This document shows, piece by piece, positions 1 to 9,376 of a stretch of DNA of 64,000 nucleotides. The position numbers and the translations under genes are program-made. How positions within the stretch are numbered: the first letter of the stretch is position 1; each line of letters opens with the position of its first letter. Origin of the DNA: an uncultured Actinomycetes bacterium (GTDB lineage Bacteria; Actinomycetota; Actinomycetes; Acidothermales; Acidothermaceae); the NCBI GenBank assembly GCA_963799955.1, contig CAWCZJ010000009.1, forward strand, positions 37,325-101,324, given 5' to 3'. The notes below the pieces were generated by a model. The model was not told the DNA's origin. It worked only from the letters and a program-made list of their open reading frames with translations, and searched no databases.

Positions 1-678
1 AGCATCGCCGCCGTTCTCATCGAGCCGATCCAGGGCGAGGGCGGTTTCATCGTCCCTGGCGCCGGCTTCATGAAGGCATTGTCGGAGTTCTGCACCGCCA
101 ACGGCATCGTCTTCATCGCCGACGAGATTCAGACCGGCTTCGCTCGCACTGGCGACATGTTCGCGTCGACGCACGAAGGCGTGGTGCCAGACCTCATCAC
201 CACAGCAAAGGGCATCGCTGGCGGCATGCCGCTCTCAGCGGTGACTGGCCGCGCCGAGATCATGGACGCTGCGCACGTCGGCGGCCTTGGCGGCACATAC
301 GGCGGCAACCCGGTGGCATGTGCCGCGGCGCTGGGCGCGATGCGCACGATCGACGAACTCGACCTCATGGGCCGGGCGCGCGACATCGAAGCCATCATGT
401 TGCCGCGACTTCGTGCGATGGCCGAGAAGTTCGACTGCATCGGCGATGTGCGCGGACGCGGAGCGATGATCGCCGTCGAGATCGTCAAGCCGGGCACCAC
501 CGAGCCTGACGCGGCGACGACGTCAGCAGTTGCCAAGGCGTGTCACGCGGCCGGAGTGGTCGTGCTCACCGCCGGCACCTACAGCAACGTGTTGCGCTTC
601 CTGCCGCCGCTCGTGATTCCCGAACACCTGCTGCACGAAGGCCTCGACGTCGTCGAGCAAGCATTCGCCGCGCTCTGA
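1..678 (+). CDS. gabT: Class-III PLP aminotransferase, 4-aminobutyrate aminotransferase type (5' end outside window)
   Basis: Frame 1 is open from base 1. The translation SIAAVLIEPIQGEGGFIVPG...TTAKGIAGGMPLSAVTG...GGTYGGNPVACAAAL matches the core and C-terminus of GabT-type enzymes. Stop at 676-678. Confidence 0.85.
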   Translation, partial: SIAAVLIEPIQGEGGFIVPGAGFMKALSEFCTANGIVFIADEIQTGFARTGDMFASTHEGVVPDLITTAKGIAGGMPLSAVTGRAEIMDAAHVGGLGGTYGGNPVACAAALGAMRTIDELDLMGRARDIEAIMLPRLRAMAEKFDCIGDVRGRGAMIAVEIVKPGTTEPDAATTSAVAKACHAAGVVVLTAGTYSNVLRFLPPLVIPEHLLHEGLDVVEQAFAAL

Positions 679-703
679 CCAAGCCAGTCTTGAAATCCTG
701 TGC

Positions 704-730
704 GTTTACTGTCCTCACGGGGCAGTAAAT
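704..730 (+). terminator. Weak stem-loop after gabT
   Basis: gtttactgtcc / ggcagtaaa form a ~9-bp stem with one bulge, 25 nt after the gabT stop. There is no clear U-tract. Confidence 0.3.
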
Positions 731-763
731 CCACACGATTTGGGCCGGGCAAGAGGAGGCAGG

Positions 764-1481
764 ATGCCTGAGGAATTCGAGGGTGATCTGTCGGACGCCG
801 TGTTCTGGGGCGCGGATCTTCGCGGCGCCCGTTTCCGCGACGTGAACCTCACCGACGTGAAGATCAGCCACGCACTGCTCGTCAACGTCGACATCGATGC
901 GATGGTCGACAAGCTCGTCGTCAACGGTGTCGACGTCACGGCTTACGTCAACGAACGCGACCCGTGGCATCCGCTGCGATCGATGCTGCGCGCATCGACG
1001 CCGGCGGACATGCGCGTGGCGTGGGCGGCGCTCGAAGACGAGTGGGCGAAGACCGTGTCACGCGCGCAAGCTCTGCCCGAGGCCAAACTGCACGAGTCGG
1101 TCGACGGCGAGTTCACGTTCGTCCAGACGCTGCGCCATCTCGTCTTCGCGATGGACAAGTGGTTCACGTCACCGGTGCTCGGCGAACCGCTCAACCCGAT
1201 CGGCTTGCCGAATACCGGCTCGCTCGGCTTTCCGTGGCCAGGGCTCGACTACGACTTGACGCCGTCGGTCTCGGAGGCTCTCGCCGCGCGTGCGGACCGC
1301 GCAACGCGCTTTCGCGACTACCTCGCATCGGTCGAGGCGAGTGACCTCACCCGGCCCGATCGACGTCCTGGAAAACGGCGTCAACCCGTTGCAGGACTGC
1401 ATCTGGACGGTCTTCGAGGAAGAGTTCTGGCACAACCGCTACGCGTTGCGCGACCTCGAGCAGTTAGAGGCGTCGGCGTAA
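764..1481 (+). CDS. DinB_2-like protein with an N-terminal pentapeptide-repeat-like segment; frame break near 1355
   Basis: ATG at 764 is preceded by agaggagg. The N-terminus is in the frame of ORF 740..1810 (ADLRGARFRDVNLTDVKIS...FVQTLRHLVFAMDKW). The plausible C-terminus IDVLENGVNPLQDCIWTVFEEEFWHNRYALRDLEQL lies in the frame of ORF 1290..1481. The switch falls at a cccggcccg run. Confidence 0.7.
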
Positions 1482-1575
1482 GACAACGGCGACGAGAGCG
1501 GCCTACGGGCCGGCGAGCTGAGTGTTGGCCTCGTGCAACTCGTCGGCACCCTCGAGAAGCATCGTCGCGCCAGCG

Positions 1576-1845
1576 TCACGCAAGTCGTCGATGCTCAGCC
1601 AGGAATGTGCGCAACTGCGGCTCGGCGGCCAGAATCGTGACGGTCACCGCTGCCGGGTGCGACAACGAGATCGTGCGCGGACCGTCGCCATCGACGTCAA
1701 GCTGCGGGGCTCGAGAGACAGTTGCGCCCGTGAGGCCTGCCGCGTGCGCGCGAAGAATGATCTCTTCTGGCATGACTCTGGTTCCGGTGCGGTCGGCCGC
1801 GCCGAGATAGATAGTCAGCCGTGCCACCGAATCGTCTAACGCCAT
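1576..1845 (-). CDS. DUF190 (PII-like, usually CrcB-associated) family protein
   Basis: An internal ATG at 1845 is preceded by GAGGAG. MALDDSVARLTIYLGAADR...IILRAHAAGLTGATVSRA matches the DUF190 pattern. The C-terminal frame is uncertain: an alternative frame reads IDDLRDAGATMLLEGADEL. Confidence 0.6.
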   Translation of the reverse strand: MALDDSVARLTIYLGAADRTGTRVMPEEIILRAHAAGLTGATVSRAPQLDVDGDGPRTISLSHPAAVTVTILAAEPQLRTFLAEHRRLA

Positions 1846-1979
1846 TGGCACTCCTCGGATCGCTGGCAAGTGGTGCGCCGCGGTCCATCGTGCCAACTGG
1901 ACTCCGAAAAGTGCGACTGCCGAGCCGATAAACATGTGGGCAGTTACGCAGAATGCCCCATATGGGCGAATAGATCCGG

Positions 1980-3857
1980 TCAGCCAGCGTCGCGCAGCGC
2001 TGCCACCGAGTCGGTGCCGACGCTCGTGATGTACGCCGGTTCGCGCGGCGACAGATCGACCTCGTCCGCCGGACACGGCCGATCGAACCAGTAACCCTGG
2101 CCCTTGTCGCAGCCGAGTTCGAACAACAGCGCGCCCTGGTACGGGTGCTCAATTCCTTCGGCGACCACATGCAGGCCGAGGGCGCGAGCCATCGCGATGA
2201 TGGCGGCCACCAGTGGTGCACGGGTCGCCTCGGCGGGCAACGTGCTGACGAAGGATCGGTCGATCTTGACGACGTCGACCGGCAGTCGGTCAAGCCGGCT
2301 GAGGCTGGAGTACCCGGTGCCGAAGTCGTCGATCGCTATCCCGATACCGAGTGCGTGCAACTCCTCAAGGGCCGCAATCACCGGCGCGGCGTTGCCCTCG
2401 AATGCAGTTTCTGTGAGCTCAAGGACCAGCTGCGACGCCGGCAACCCGGCGTCCTGCAAGATCGCTTTGACTTGCGACACATAGCCCGGATTGCGCAACT
2501 CCCGGCCGCACACGTTGATGCTGGCAGTGAGCGGACGGCCATGCGCCGCGGACCATTCCGCGATCTGGCGGGTGGCGGTGGCGAGCATCATGGCGCCGAT
2601 GTCCTCGATCGCACCGTTTGCCTCGGCGGCAGGAATGAAGGCGTCGGGCGCCACCAAACCCTGGCCTGGGCGGATCCAGCGCACGAGTGCCTCGAAGCCG
2701 GCGACGACGCCGGTACCCAGATCGATGATCGGCTGGTAGTAGGCCACCATTTCGCCGTCGGCAACGGCGCAACGCATCTGCGCCTCTTCGGAATTCCCAC
2801 TGCTGTCGTGGTACGTGAGCCTGTTGCGGCCGTTGCGCTTCGACTCGTACAGCGCGGTGTCGGTGCGCGCAGCAAGTAGCGACACCGTGTCGCCGGGCTG
2901 CCAGTCCGAGGCGCCCGCCGAGCACGTGTGCGCCTTCGGCATAGCCTCGCGCAAGCGAGCGATGACCATCGCGACTTCGCCCGGCAACGCATCAGTGATC
3001 AGCAGCGCGAACTCGTCGCTGCTGTTGCGGGCGAGGAAATCTGTATCGCGCAACAGGGGGCGCCACGCGGCCGCAATGGCCCGTAGCAGCCGGTCGCCGC
3101 CGCCCTGACCTTCGGTGCTGTTCACGGATCGGAAGTGGTCGACGTCGAGAAATGCGAGGGCGATGGAATGCATGCCCGGCGATGCGCCCGCTAATGCTTC
3201 ACTCAAGTGACGATCAAGCCCGCGACGGTTCGGCAAGCCGGTCAACGTGTCGATCTCGGCCGCATCGGCGGCCCTTACGAGGCGTCCGACGACAACGCCG
3301 ACGACGACGAGCGCACCCGGGAGCAACACCACCTGGCCGAAGTTTGCGTCGCCCATGACGGCCAGGATGAACAGGTCGCACCCCACAGCCGTCGCAAGGT
3401 GCAAGGCGGCCCACGGCCAGGCGAAGAAGAAGAAACTGTTGACGGTCACGAACATGAAGAGCGTCGAGTACGCCATCGACGTCCGACCGCCACCGGCCTC
3501 GAACATGCTGAGCGCGATGACCAAGTTGCCGTTCAGGATGAGCAGGTGGTAGCTCCACCGTGGCCAATGCTGACCGCGCGCGACCAGAGCTACACCGAGC
3601 CCGAGCGCCGCAATCGCAATCAGAATGAGAACAACGCGGTGGACGCCGGGGCGCTGGGGTAGTAGCAGACCAAGCAGCGACATCGACGCTGCACAGATGT
3701 AGAGCATCCCCGATGTCTTGGCCATCGCTCGCGGTGTCGCGATCGCTGGCGCGGACGCGAGTCGGATCGCTCTGATTGTCCTCGTCACGTTCGCGCCGAT
3801 CCGCGACCGCCAGGGCACGGCGGGACCGACGCTCGGGGCGTCGGCAGCTCTCGCCAT
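1980..3857 (-). CDS. Membrane-anchored GGDEF-EAL protein (degenerate GGDEF, intact EAL; predicted c-di-GMP phosphodiesterase)
   Basis: ORF 1980..3986. The N-terminus is hydrophobic with about 5-6 TM segments. The GGDEF region reads DTLTGLPNRRGL...RDTDFLARNSSDEFALL. EAL motifs are present: EALVRW, ELTE, DDFGTGYSS, KID, EGIE, QGY. The start is uncertain (3857 or 3725). Confidence 0.85.
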   Translation of the reverse strand: MARAADAPSVGPAVPWRSRIGANVTRTIRAIRLASAPAIATPRAMAKTSGMLYICAASMSLLGLLLPQRPGVHRVVLILIAIAALGLGVALVARGQHWPRWSYHLLILNGNLVIALSMFEAGGGRTSMAYSTLFMFVTVNSFFFFAWPWAALHLATAVGCDLFILAVMGDANFGQVVLLPGALVVVGVVVGRLVRAADAAEIDTLTGLPNRRGLDRHLSEALAGASPGMHSIALAFLDVDHFRSVNSTEGQGGGDRLLRAIAAAWRPLLRDTDFLARNSSDEFALLITDALPGEVAMVIARLREAMPKAHTCSAGASDWQPGDTVSLLAARTDTALYESKRNGRNRLTYHDSSGNSEEAQMRCAVADGEMVAYYQPIIDLGTGVVAGFEALVRWIRPGQGLVAPDAFIPAAEANGAIEDIGAMMLATATRQIAEWSAAHGRPLTASINVCGRELRNPGYVSQVKAILQDAGLPASQLVLELTETAFEGNAAPVIAALEELHALGIGIAIDDFGTGYSSLSRLDRLPVDVVKIDRSFVSTLPAEATRAPLVAAIIAMARALGLHVVAEGIEHPYQGALLFELGCDKGQGYWFDRPCPADEVDLSPREPAYITSVGTDSVAALRDAG

Positions 3858-4064
3858 GATCGCGCGCACGGTAGCCAATCGTGTCGGGAGTGTGTCGCTT
3901 CCGGTGAGCGGCGAACAGGCACCCGGGAAGCCGTGAGGCCCTATCGACACCCCCGAGCCCGCCATGAGCAGGAATCTTCGGCGCAACAGCCAACTGCCCT
4001 AGCGGTTACTCCAAACGAGTGACGGACGCTGCCTGTCGGTCGGGAGGAGCCTGCCTTTGGGGGT

Positions 4065-5564
4065 TTAGCCGTTCGTCGGGAACCCGAGGTTGAGGCCGCC
4101 GTGACTCGGATCGAGCCACCGCGAGGTGACGACCTTGCCCCTCGTGAAGAAGTGCACGCCCTCGAGGCCGTACGCGTGGGTGTCGCCGAACAGCGACGAC
4201 TTCCAGCCACCGAACGAGTAGTAGGCCATCGGGACCGGGATCGGCACGTTGATGCCGACCATGCCGACGGTCACCTCGTTTTGGAATCGGCGAGCTGCCC
4301 CACCGTCGTTGGTGAAGATCGCGGTGCCGTTGCCGTAAGGACTCGCGTTGACCAACGCGAGCGCGGCGTCGTAGCTGGGCGAACGCAGAACCGACAGCAC
4401 CGGACCGAAGATCTCGTCGGTGTAGCACGACATCGACGGCGTGACGTGATCGAGCAACGAGGGCCCGAGCCAGAACCCGTCGGGGTCGCCGTCGATCGGC
4501 GTGTCACGCCCGTCGACGACCAGGGTCGCACCCGCAGAGGCGCCCGCATCGAGGTACGACGCGACCTTGTCGCGGTGCGGTCGGGTAACCAGCGGCCCCA
4601 TGTCGCAACCACGGCGGCCATCGCCGATGCGCAATGTTGCCATCCGAGTGCGAATCCGCTCGACGAGCTCGTCGCCGATCGGGTCGACCGCCACCAGCGC
4701 GGAGATCGCCATGCAGCGCTCACCAGCCGACCCGAAGCCGGCGTTAACCGCGGCGTCGGCCGCGAGATCGAGATCTGCATCTGGCAACACGACCATGTGG
4801 TTCTTCGCGCCGCCTAGCGCCTGCACCCGCTTGCCGTTCTTTGTGCCGGTCTCGTAGACGTAGCGCGCGACCGGCGTGGAACCCACGAACGAGATCGAGC
4901 CGACGTCGGGGTGGTTCAGCAGCGCGTCGACCGCTTCCTTGTCGCCATGTACGACGTTCAAAACACCATCGGGCAGACCGGCCTCGGCGAACATCTCGGC
5001 AAGCAGGTTCGCCGCCGACGGATCCTTCTCACTCGGCTTCAGCACCACGGCGTTGCCGCACGCGATCGCGATGGGGACGAACCACAGCGGCACCATCGCG
5101 GGGAAGTTGAACGGTGAGATCACGCCAACGACGCCGACAGGCTGCCGGATCGAGTACACGTCGACATTCGTTGACGCGTTCTCGGAGAAGCCGCCCTTCA
5201 GCAACTGCGGGATGCCGCACGCGAACTCGACGACCTCGAGCCCCCGGGCGACTTCGCCGGCAGCATCGGACAGCACTTTGCCGTGCTCCGCGGTGATCGC
5301 GGCAGCGACCTCACCGCTGCGCTGACGCAGCAGCTCGCGCATCGCGAACATGACCGACGTGCGCTTCGACAGCGATGCCGACCGCCAATCGCGCCAGGCG
5401 TCTGTTGCGGCCGCGACGGCAAGATTGACGTCGTCGGACGACGCGAAGTCGACGTGCCCGGTGACCTGGCCAGTCGCCGGGTCGAAGACGTCACCGTGGC
5501 GGGCCGACTCGCCGGTGAAGGGCTTGCCGCCTATCCAATGGGTGATCCGACGGACCTCGCTCAT
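4065..5564 (-). CDS. mmsA: CoA-acylating methylmalonate/malonate-semialdehyde dehydrogenase
   Basis: 499-aa ORF. ITHWIGGKPF...FPAMVPLWF...KPSEKDP...GAKNHMVV...ERCMA... is the typical MmsA/ALDH6 pattern. Its start overlaps the upstream stop (ATGA at 5561-5564). Confidence 0.9.
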   Translation of the reverse strand: MSEVRRITHWIGGKPFTGESARHGDVFDPATGQVTGHVDFASSDDVNLAVAAATDAWRDWRSASLSKRTSVMFAMRELLRQRSGEVAAAITAEHGKVLSDAAGEVARGLEVVEFACGIPQLLKGGFSENASTNVDVYSIRQPVGVVGVISPFNFPAMVPLWFVPIAIACGNAVVLKPSEKDPSAANLLAEMFAEAGLPDGVLNVVHGDKEAVDALLNHPDVGSISFVGSTPVARYVYETGTKNGKRVQALGGAKNHMVVLPDADLDLAADAAVNAGFGSAGERCMAISALVAVDPIGDELVERIRTRMATLRIGDGRRGCDMGPLVTRPHRDKVASYLDAGASAGATLVVDGRDTPIDGDPDGFWLGPSLLDHVTPSMSCYTDEIFGPVLSVLRSPSYDAALALVNASPYGNGTAIFTNDGGAARRFQNEVTVGMVGINVPIPVPMAYYSFGGWKSSLFGDTHAYGLEGVHFFTRGKVVTSRWLDPSHGGLNLGFPTNG

Positions 5565-6901
5565 CGGACGATCACCGCGGCCGACGTGGTCGCGGCTTCG
5601 ATTGCGGCGAACGACTTCGCCAAGACGTCGAGGCCCTCGAGAGCTTCGGCTTCGGTGATGGTCAGTGCGGGGGCGATGCGCAACACGTTGCCGTGCAGGC
5701 CGCCCTTGCCGATCAGCAGCCCGCGCTGCCGGGTCTCTTCCATCATCCGCGTGGCAGCACCCGGGTCGGGCGTCTTCGAGCCGGGCGCGACGAGCTCGAC
5801 ACCGATCATGAGTCCCTTGCCACGTACGTCGCCGATGAACGGGTGCGTGTGCTGGAGGCCGCGAAGGCCCTCGAGCAAGACCGTGCCGACCTTCGCCGCG
5901 TTCGCTTGCAGATCGTGCGACAGCACGTAGTCAAGAGTCGCGTTGGCGGCTGCAGTGACGAGCGGATTGCCGCCGAAGGTCGAGATCGAGTTGGCGTTCA
6001 GGCAGTCCATGACCTCAGCACGTGCAACGACGCCGCCAATCGACGTCCCGTTTCCGAGGCCCTTTGCGAAGGTCATCGCGTCGGGCACCACGCCGTGCGC
6101 CTGGATCCCCCAGAAGTGTTCGCCGGTACGGCCCCAGCCGGTCTGCACCTCATCGGAGATGAACAAGATGCCGTAGGAGTCGAGGATTTCCTTGAACGCG
6201 GCGAACATGCCGTCGGGCGGAGTGGCGAATCCGCCGACACCTTGAATGGGCTCGGCGATCATGCACGCGACGTCGCCAGAGGTGGTCGTGATGATGACGT
6301 CACGCAGGTCGTCGGCGCACGCAGTGATGAAGTCGGCGTCGGACAGGTGCCCGAACGGGCTGCGGTAGCGGTAACCGCTCTGCACGTAGCTGACGTTGAG
6401 CGGCGAGAGGCTCGACGCGCTCCAGCCGCGGTTGCCGGTGATCGCGACGCTGGCAAACGAGCGCCCGTGGTAGCTGTTGCGCAGGGCCAGCACCTGGTTG
6501 CTGCGGCGGTACTGCGTGGCGAGCAGCAGGGCAGCCTCGTTCGCCTCGGTGCCCGAGGAGGTGAAGAAGACCTTCGCGTCGGGGATGCCCGACAGCCTGG
6601 CGATCTTCTCGGCCAGTTCGATCTGCGAGCGGATCAGATAGAGCGTCGAGGTGTGCAAGATGCCGGTGTCGGCCTGCGCCTTGATCGCGTCGCGCACCTC
6701 GGGGACGTTGTAGCCGAGCATGTTGGTGAGGATCCCGGCGAAGAAGTCGAGGTATTCGTGGCCCTGCCCGTCGGTGACTCGGCGGCCGACGCCCGACGCG
6801 ATCTCGATCGGGTCGTCGTAGTAGAGGGCCATCCACGACGGCATCACGTAGCGGTGGCGTGCGACCAGCTCGGCGTGCGCGGAATCGGTGGTGTTCGACA
6901 T
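5561..6901 (-). CDS. Class-III omega-aminotransferase (beta-alanine/diamine:pyruvate type)
   Basis: ORF 5561..6964 with an ATG at 6901. Motifs: YLDFFAGILTNMLGYN, SGTEANEAALLLA, LFISDEVQTGWGRTG, TFAKGLGNG (PLP lysine). Confidence 0.85.
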   Translation of the reverse strand: MSNTTDSAHAELVARHRYVMPSWMALYYDDPIEIASGVGRRVTDGQGHEYLDFFAGILTNMLGYNVPEVRDAIKAQADTGILHTSTLYLIRSQIELAEKIARLSGIPDAKVFFTSSGTEANEAALLLATQYRRSNQVLALRNSYHGRSFASVAITGNRGWSASSLSPLNVSYVQSGYRYRSPFGHLSDADFITACADDLRDVIITTTSGDVACMIAEPIQGVGGFATPPDGMFAAFKEILDSYGILFISDEVQTGWGRTGEHFWGIQAHGVVPDAMTFAKGLGNGTSIGGVVARAEVMDCLNANSISTFGGNPLVTAAANATLDYVLSHDLQANAAKVGTVLLEGLRGLQHTHPFIGDVRGKGLMIGVELVAPGSKTPDPGAATRMMEETRQRGLLIGKGGLHGNVLRIAPALTITEAEALEGLDVLAKSFAAIEAATTSAAVIVR

Positions 6902-6942
6902 CTGTATCGGTCCTTCGGTCGGCTGGTTCGACAGTACGTCTT

Positions 6943-8148
6943 CTATTGGTCGCGCATGCCCCATGGTGAACCGTAGGTAACGAGCAAGTCGAGGTAGGGC
7001 TGGGCGTCGAACGCCTCAGGCCCGAGGACGCCGGCACCCTTCCAGGCGCCCGTCGCGAGTAGTTCGAGGGCGACGACGGGATTGATCGCGGTCTGCCAGA
7101 CGACCGCCTGCGCCCCGTATTCACGCATCGACCACTCGTTGTCGACCACGTGGTAGAGGTAGGTCGCCCTCGGTTTGCCGTCCTTGCCGGTGCCGGTGAC
7201 GTAGGTACCAGCACAGGTCTTGCCCCGCATCCGGTCACCGAGCGTGGCCGGGTTCGGCAGGCAGGCAGCCACGACATCGCGCGGCGAGACCTCGACGTCG
7301 CCGACCTTGATCTTGTCGACCCGGTCGAGTCCGAGCTTGTGCAGCGTCTTGAGTACGCCGATGAACTCATCGCCCAGGCCGTACTTGAAGGTGACCCGCT
7401 CGGCCTCGACCCAGCGCGGGACGAGGAGCACTTCCTCGTGCTCGACGTTGACGCATTCGACTGGCCCGATTCCCTCGGGGAAGTCGAATACCTCGGGCTC
7501 ACTGAACGGCTCCGTCGTGTACCAACCGCGGTTCCGTTCCCAGACGACCGGCGGGTTGAGGCACTCCTCGATGGTTGTCCAGATCGAGAAGGTCGGGGCG
7601 AAGTCGTAGCCCTCGACCGTCAGGTTCGCGCCGTCGCGGATGCCGACCTCGTCGATATGTGAGAAGAGATGGTCGGCGGCGTAGCGGGCGAAGACGTCCG
7701 ACAGGCCAGGCTCGACGCCGATACCGACAAGCGCGAGCCGCCCCGCGTCGTCCCATTTGCTGGAAAGCTCGAACTGCTCGTCGCCGAGCTTGACGCCGGT
7801 CAGCGCGTAGGGCTGCTCGGCGTTTGGTCGCGACAGGGACATCGCCATGTCGAGGTAGTGCGCGCCGGCCGCGAGTGCAGCCCGAAACAGCGGCATCACG
7901 AAACGCGGGTCAGTTGCGTTGAGCAACACGTCGCACCCGTGCTCGCGCAACGCCGCCGCGACCGCCGCCTCGTCCGATGCATCGATGCGGATCGCAGAGA
8001 ACCGCGGGTCGCCGGTGCGCTCCGCGGCACGCCCCGCGCTTGCCTCGTTGTAGTCGGCGACCACCATCGCGTCGAAGAACGGGCGGCGCGCGGCGATTGC
8101 GGTGATCGCGCCACCGACACCGCCGGCACCTACGAGGAGGATCTTCAT
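6943..8148 (-). CDS. Saccharopine dehydrogenase-family NAD(P) oxidoreductase
   Basis: An internal ATG at 8148 starts MKILLVGAGGVGG (Rossmann fold). The 401-aa length and the C-terminal pattern VVWQTAINPVVALELL fit the Sacchrp_dh family. Confidence 0.85.
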   Translation of the reverse strand: MKILLVGAGGVGGAITAIAARRPFFDAMVVADYNEASAGRAAERTGDPRFSAIRIDASDEAAVAAALREHGCDVLLNATDPRFVMPLFRAALAAGAHYLDMAMSLSRPNAEQPYALTGVKLGDEQFELSSKWDDAGRLALVGIGVEPGLSDVFARYAADHLFSHIDEVGIRDGANLTVEGYDFAPTFSIWTTIEECLNPPVVWERNRGWYTTEPFSEPEVFDFPEGIGPVECVNVEHEEVLLVPRWVEAERVTFKYGLGDEFIGVLKTLHKLGLDRVDKIKVGDVEVSPRDVVAACLPNPATLGDRMRGKTCAGTYVTGTGKDGKPRATYLYHVVDNEWSMREYGAQAVVWQTAINPVVALELLATGAWKGAGVLGPEAFDAQPYLDLLVTYGSPWGMRDQ

Positions 8149-8159
8149 GCGATGTCCCT

Positions 8160-9197
8160 TCAGGAGTGTCGGGCAGGACCATCGTGTCGGCCGGCGAGCA
8201 AGGGCATCGCCGGGTCGAGCGGCACTGCTGTTTGTGCATCGCGGCGCCTCGCCGCAATACCTGACAAGGCCTCCAACACGACCCGATTCGCGAGCATCGC
8301 AGTGATCTCGGCGTGGTCGTAGGGCGGCGAAACCTCGACCACATCGACGCCCGCGACGGGCAGCTCGCGACAGATCCGGCGAACGGCATCGAGCAGTTCG
8401 CGCGCGGTCAAACCACCCGGTTCGGGCGTGCCGGTGCCGGGTGCGTGGCCTGGGTCGCACACGTCGATGTCGACTGACAGGAACACGGCGTCGCAGTCGT
8501 CGAGCGCGATGGCAAAGGCTTCATTCAGGACGGCGAGCAGCCCGCGCGAGACGATCTCGCTCATCTCGTATGAGCGCATCTGCTGTGACGCCATCCAGTC
8601 GAGAGTCTCCGGCTCTGGCCAGTAGCCCCGCAGACCAATCTGCAGAAACCGGTCCCCTCGCGCGGCGCCAGATTCGATGAGCCGGCGCATCGGTTGGCCG
8701 TGGCCGTACAGCGATCCAAAGGTGATGTCGCCGGTGTCAGCGTGCGCGTCGAAGTGCAAGACAGCGACACGACCGAATCCGTAGTGGCGAGCGACACCGG
8801 TGACGTCAGGCAGCGCGATCGAGTGGTCTCCGCCCAGCACAACCGGGATTGCGCCGGCCGCCGCCACCGTCGTAACCGCGCGCTCAAGACTTGCTAGCGA
8901 GCGCTCGATATCGCCGGGCGGCATCTCCACGTCCCCCGCATCGACAACCCGCAGGTCGCGCAGCGCGTCGACGCGCAAGGCGAGGTGCGGTCGGGATCCG
9001 TCGTGCGGCAGGTAGTCAGTCGAACGGATCGCCTGCGGGCCGAACCGCGTGCCGGGGCGATGCGACGTCCCACCGTCGAACGGCGCCCCGACGATGACGA
9101 CGTCAACTCCCGCAAACGATGCCGGGTCGGCGAGGTCGCAACGATCGACGCCCAAGAATGTGACGTCCGGGCCGAACATGGCCCCATACCGGGTCAC
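8160..9197 (-). CDS. speB: Ureohydrolase family enzyme (agmatinase / guanidino-acid hydrolase)
   Basis: 345-aa ORF with all Mn-binding signatures: GGDHS, HFDAHADT, SVDIDVCDP, VEVSPPYD. Substrate specificity cannot be read from these motifs. Confidence 0.85.
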   Translation of the reverse strand: MTRYGAMFGPDVTFLGVDRCDLADPASFAGVDVVIVGAPFDGGTSHRPGTRFGPQAIRSTDYLPHDGSRPHLALRVDALRDLRVVDAGDVEMPPGDIERSLASLERAVTTVAAAGAIPVVLGGDHSIALPDVTGVARHYGFGRVAVLHFDAHADTGDITFGSLYGHGQPMRRLIESGAARGDRFLQIGLRGYWPEPETLDWMASQQMRSYEMSEIVSRGLLAVLNEAFAIALDDCDAVFLSVDIDVCDPGHAPGTGTPEPGGLTARELLDAVRRICRELPVAGVDVVEVSPPYDHAEITAMLANRVVLEALSGIAARRRDAQTAVPLDPAMPLLAGRHDGPARHS

Positions 9198-9376
9198 TTC
9201 ACACCGGCAGCCGACCGGCAGGCAACGCTTGCATGGCGGGACGCTACCACCGAAACGGTGGCGCGATCAGAACGAGACCACGGAATCCCTTGTCATCCGA
9301 CGAAATCAGTGCGATAACCGGAGGGTTCAAAACCGCTGGTGCCAAAAATCCGCCCACATCGCTCCCAGAGGTGCTC

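Noticed and set aside
1846-1979. A fluoride (crcB-motif) riboswitch or crcB remnant upstream of the DUF190 gene
   Set aside because: DUF190 genes often follow crcB and fluoride riboswitches. I could not find the conserved GGCGAUGG...CUGAUGAU cores here. The hydrophobic peptide FIGSAVALFGVQLARW in this stretch is too short to call a CrcB fragment.
5693-6976. Long shadow ORFs opposite or out of frame with real genes (for example 5693..6976+, 6300..7502-, 15097..16389-, 25922..27199+, 44878..46518+, 52782..53879+, 23549..24712+)
   Set aside because: These have an extreme Arg/Ala/Pro/Gly bias and no recognisable motifs. Each fully overlaps a gene with clear family signatures, which is a typical artefact of >65% GC DNA.
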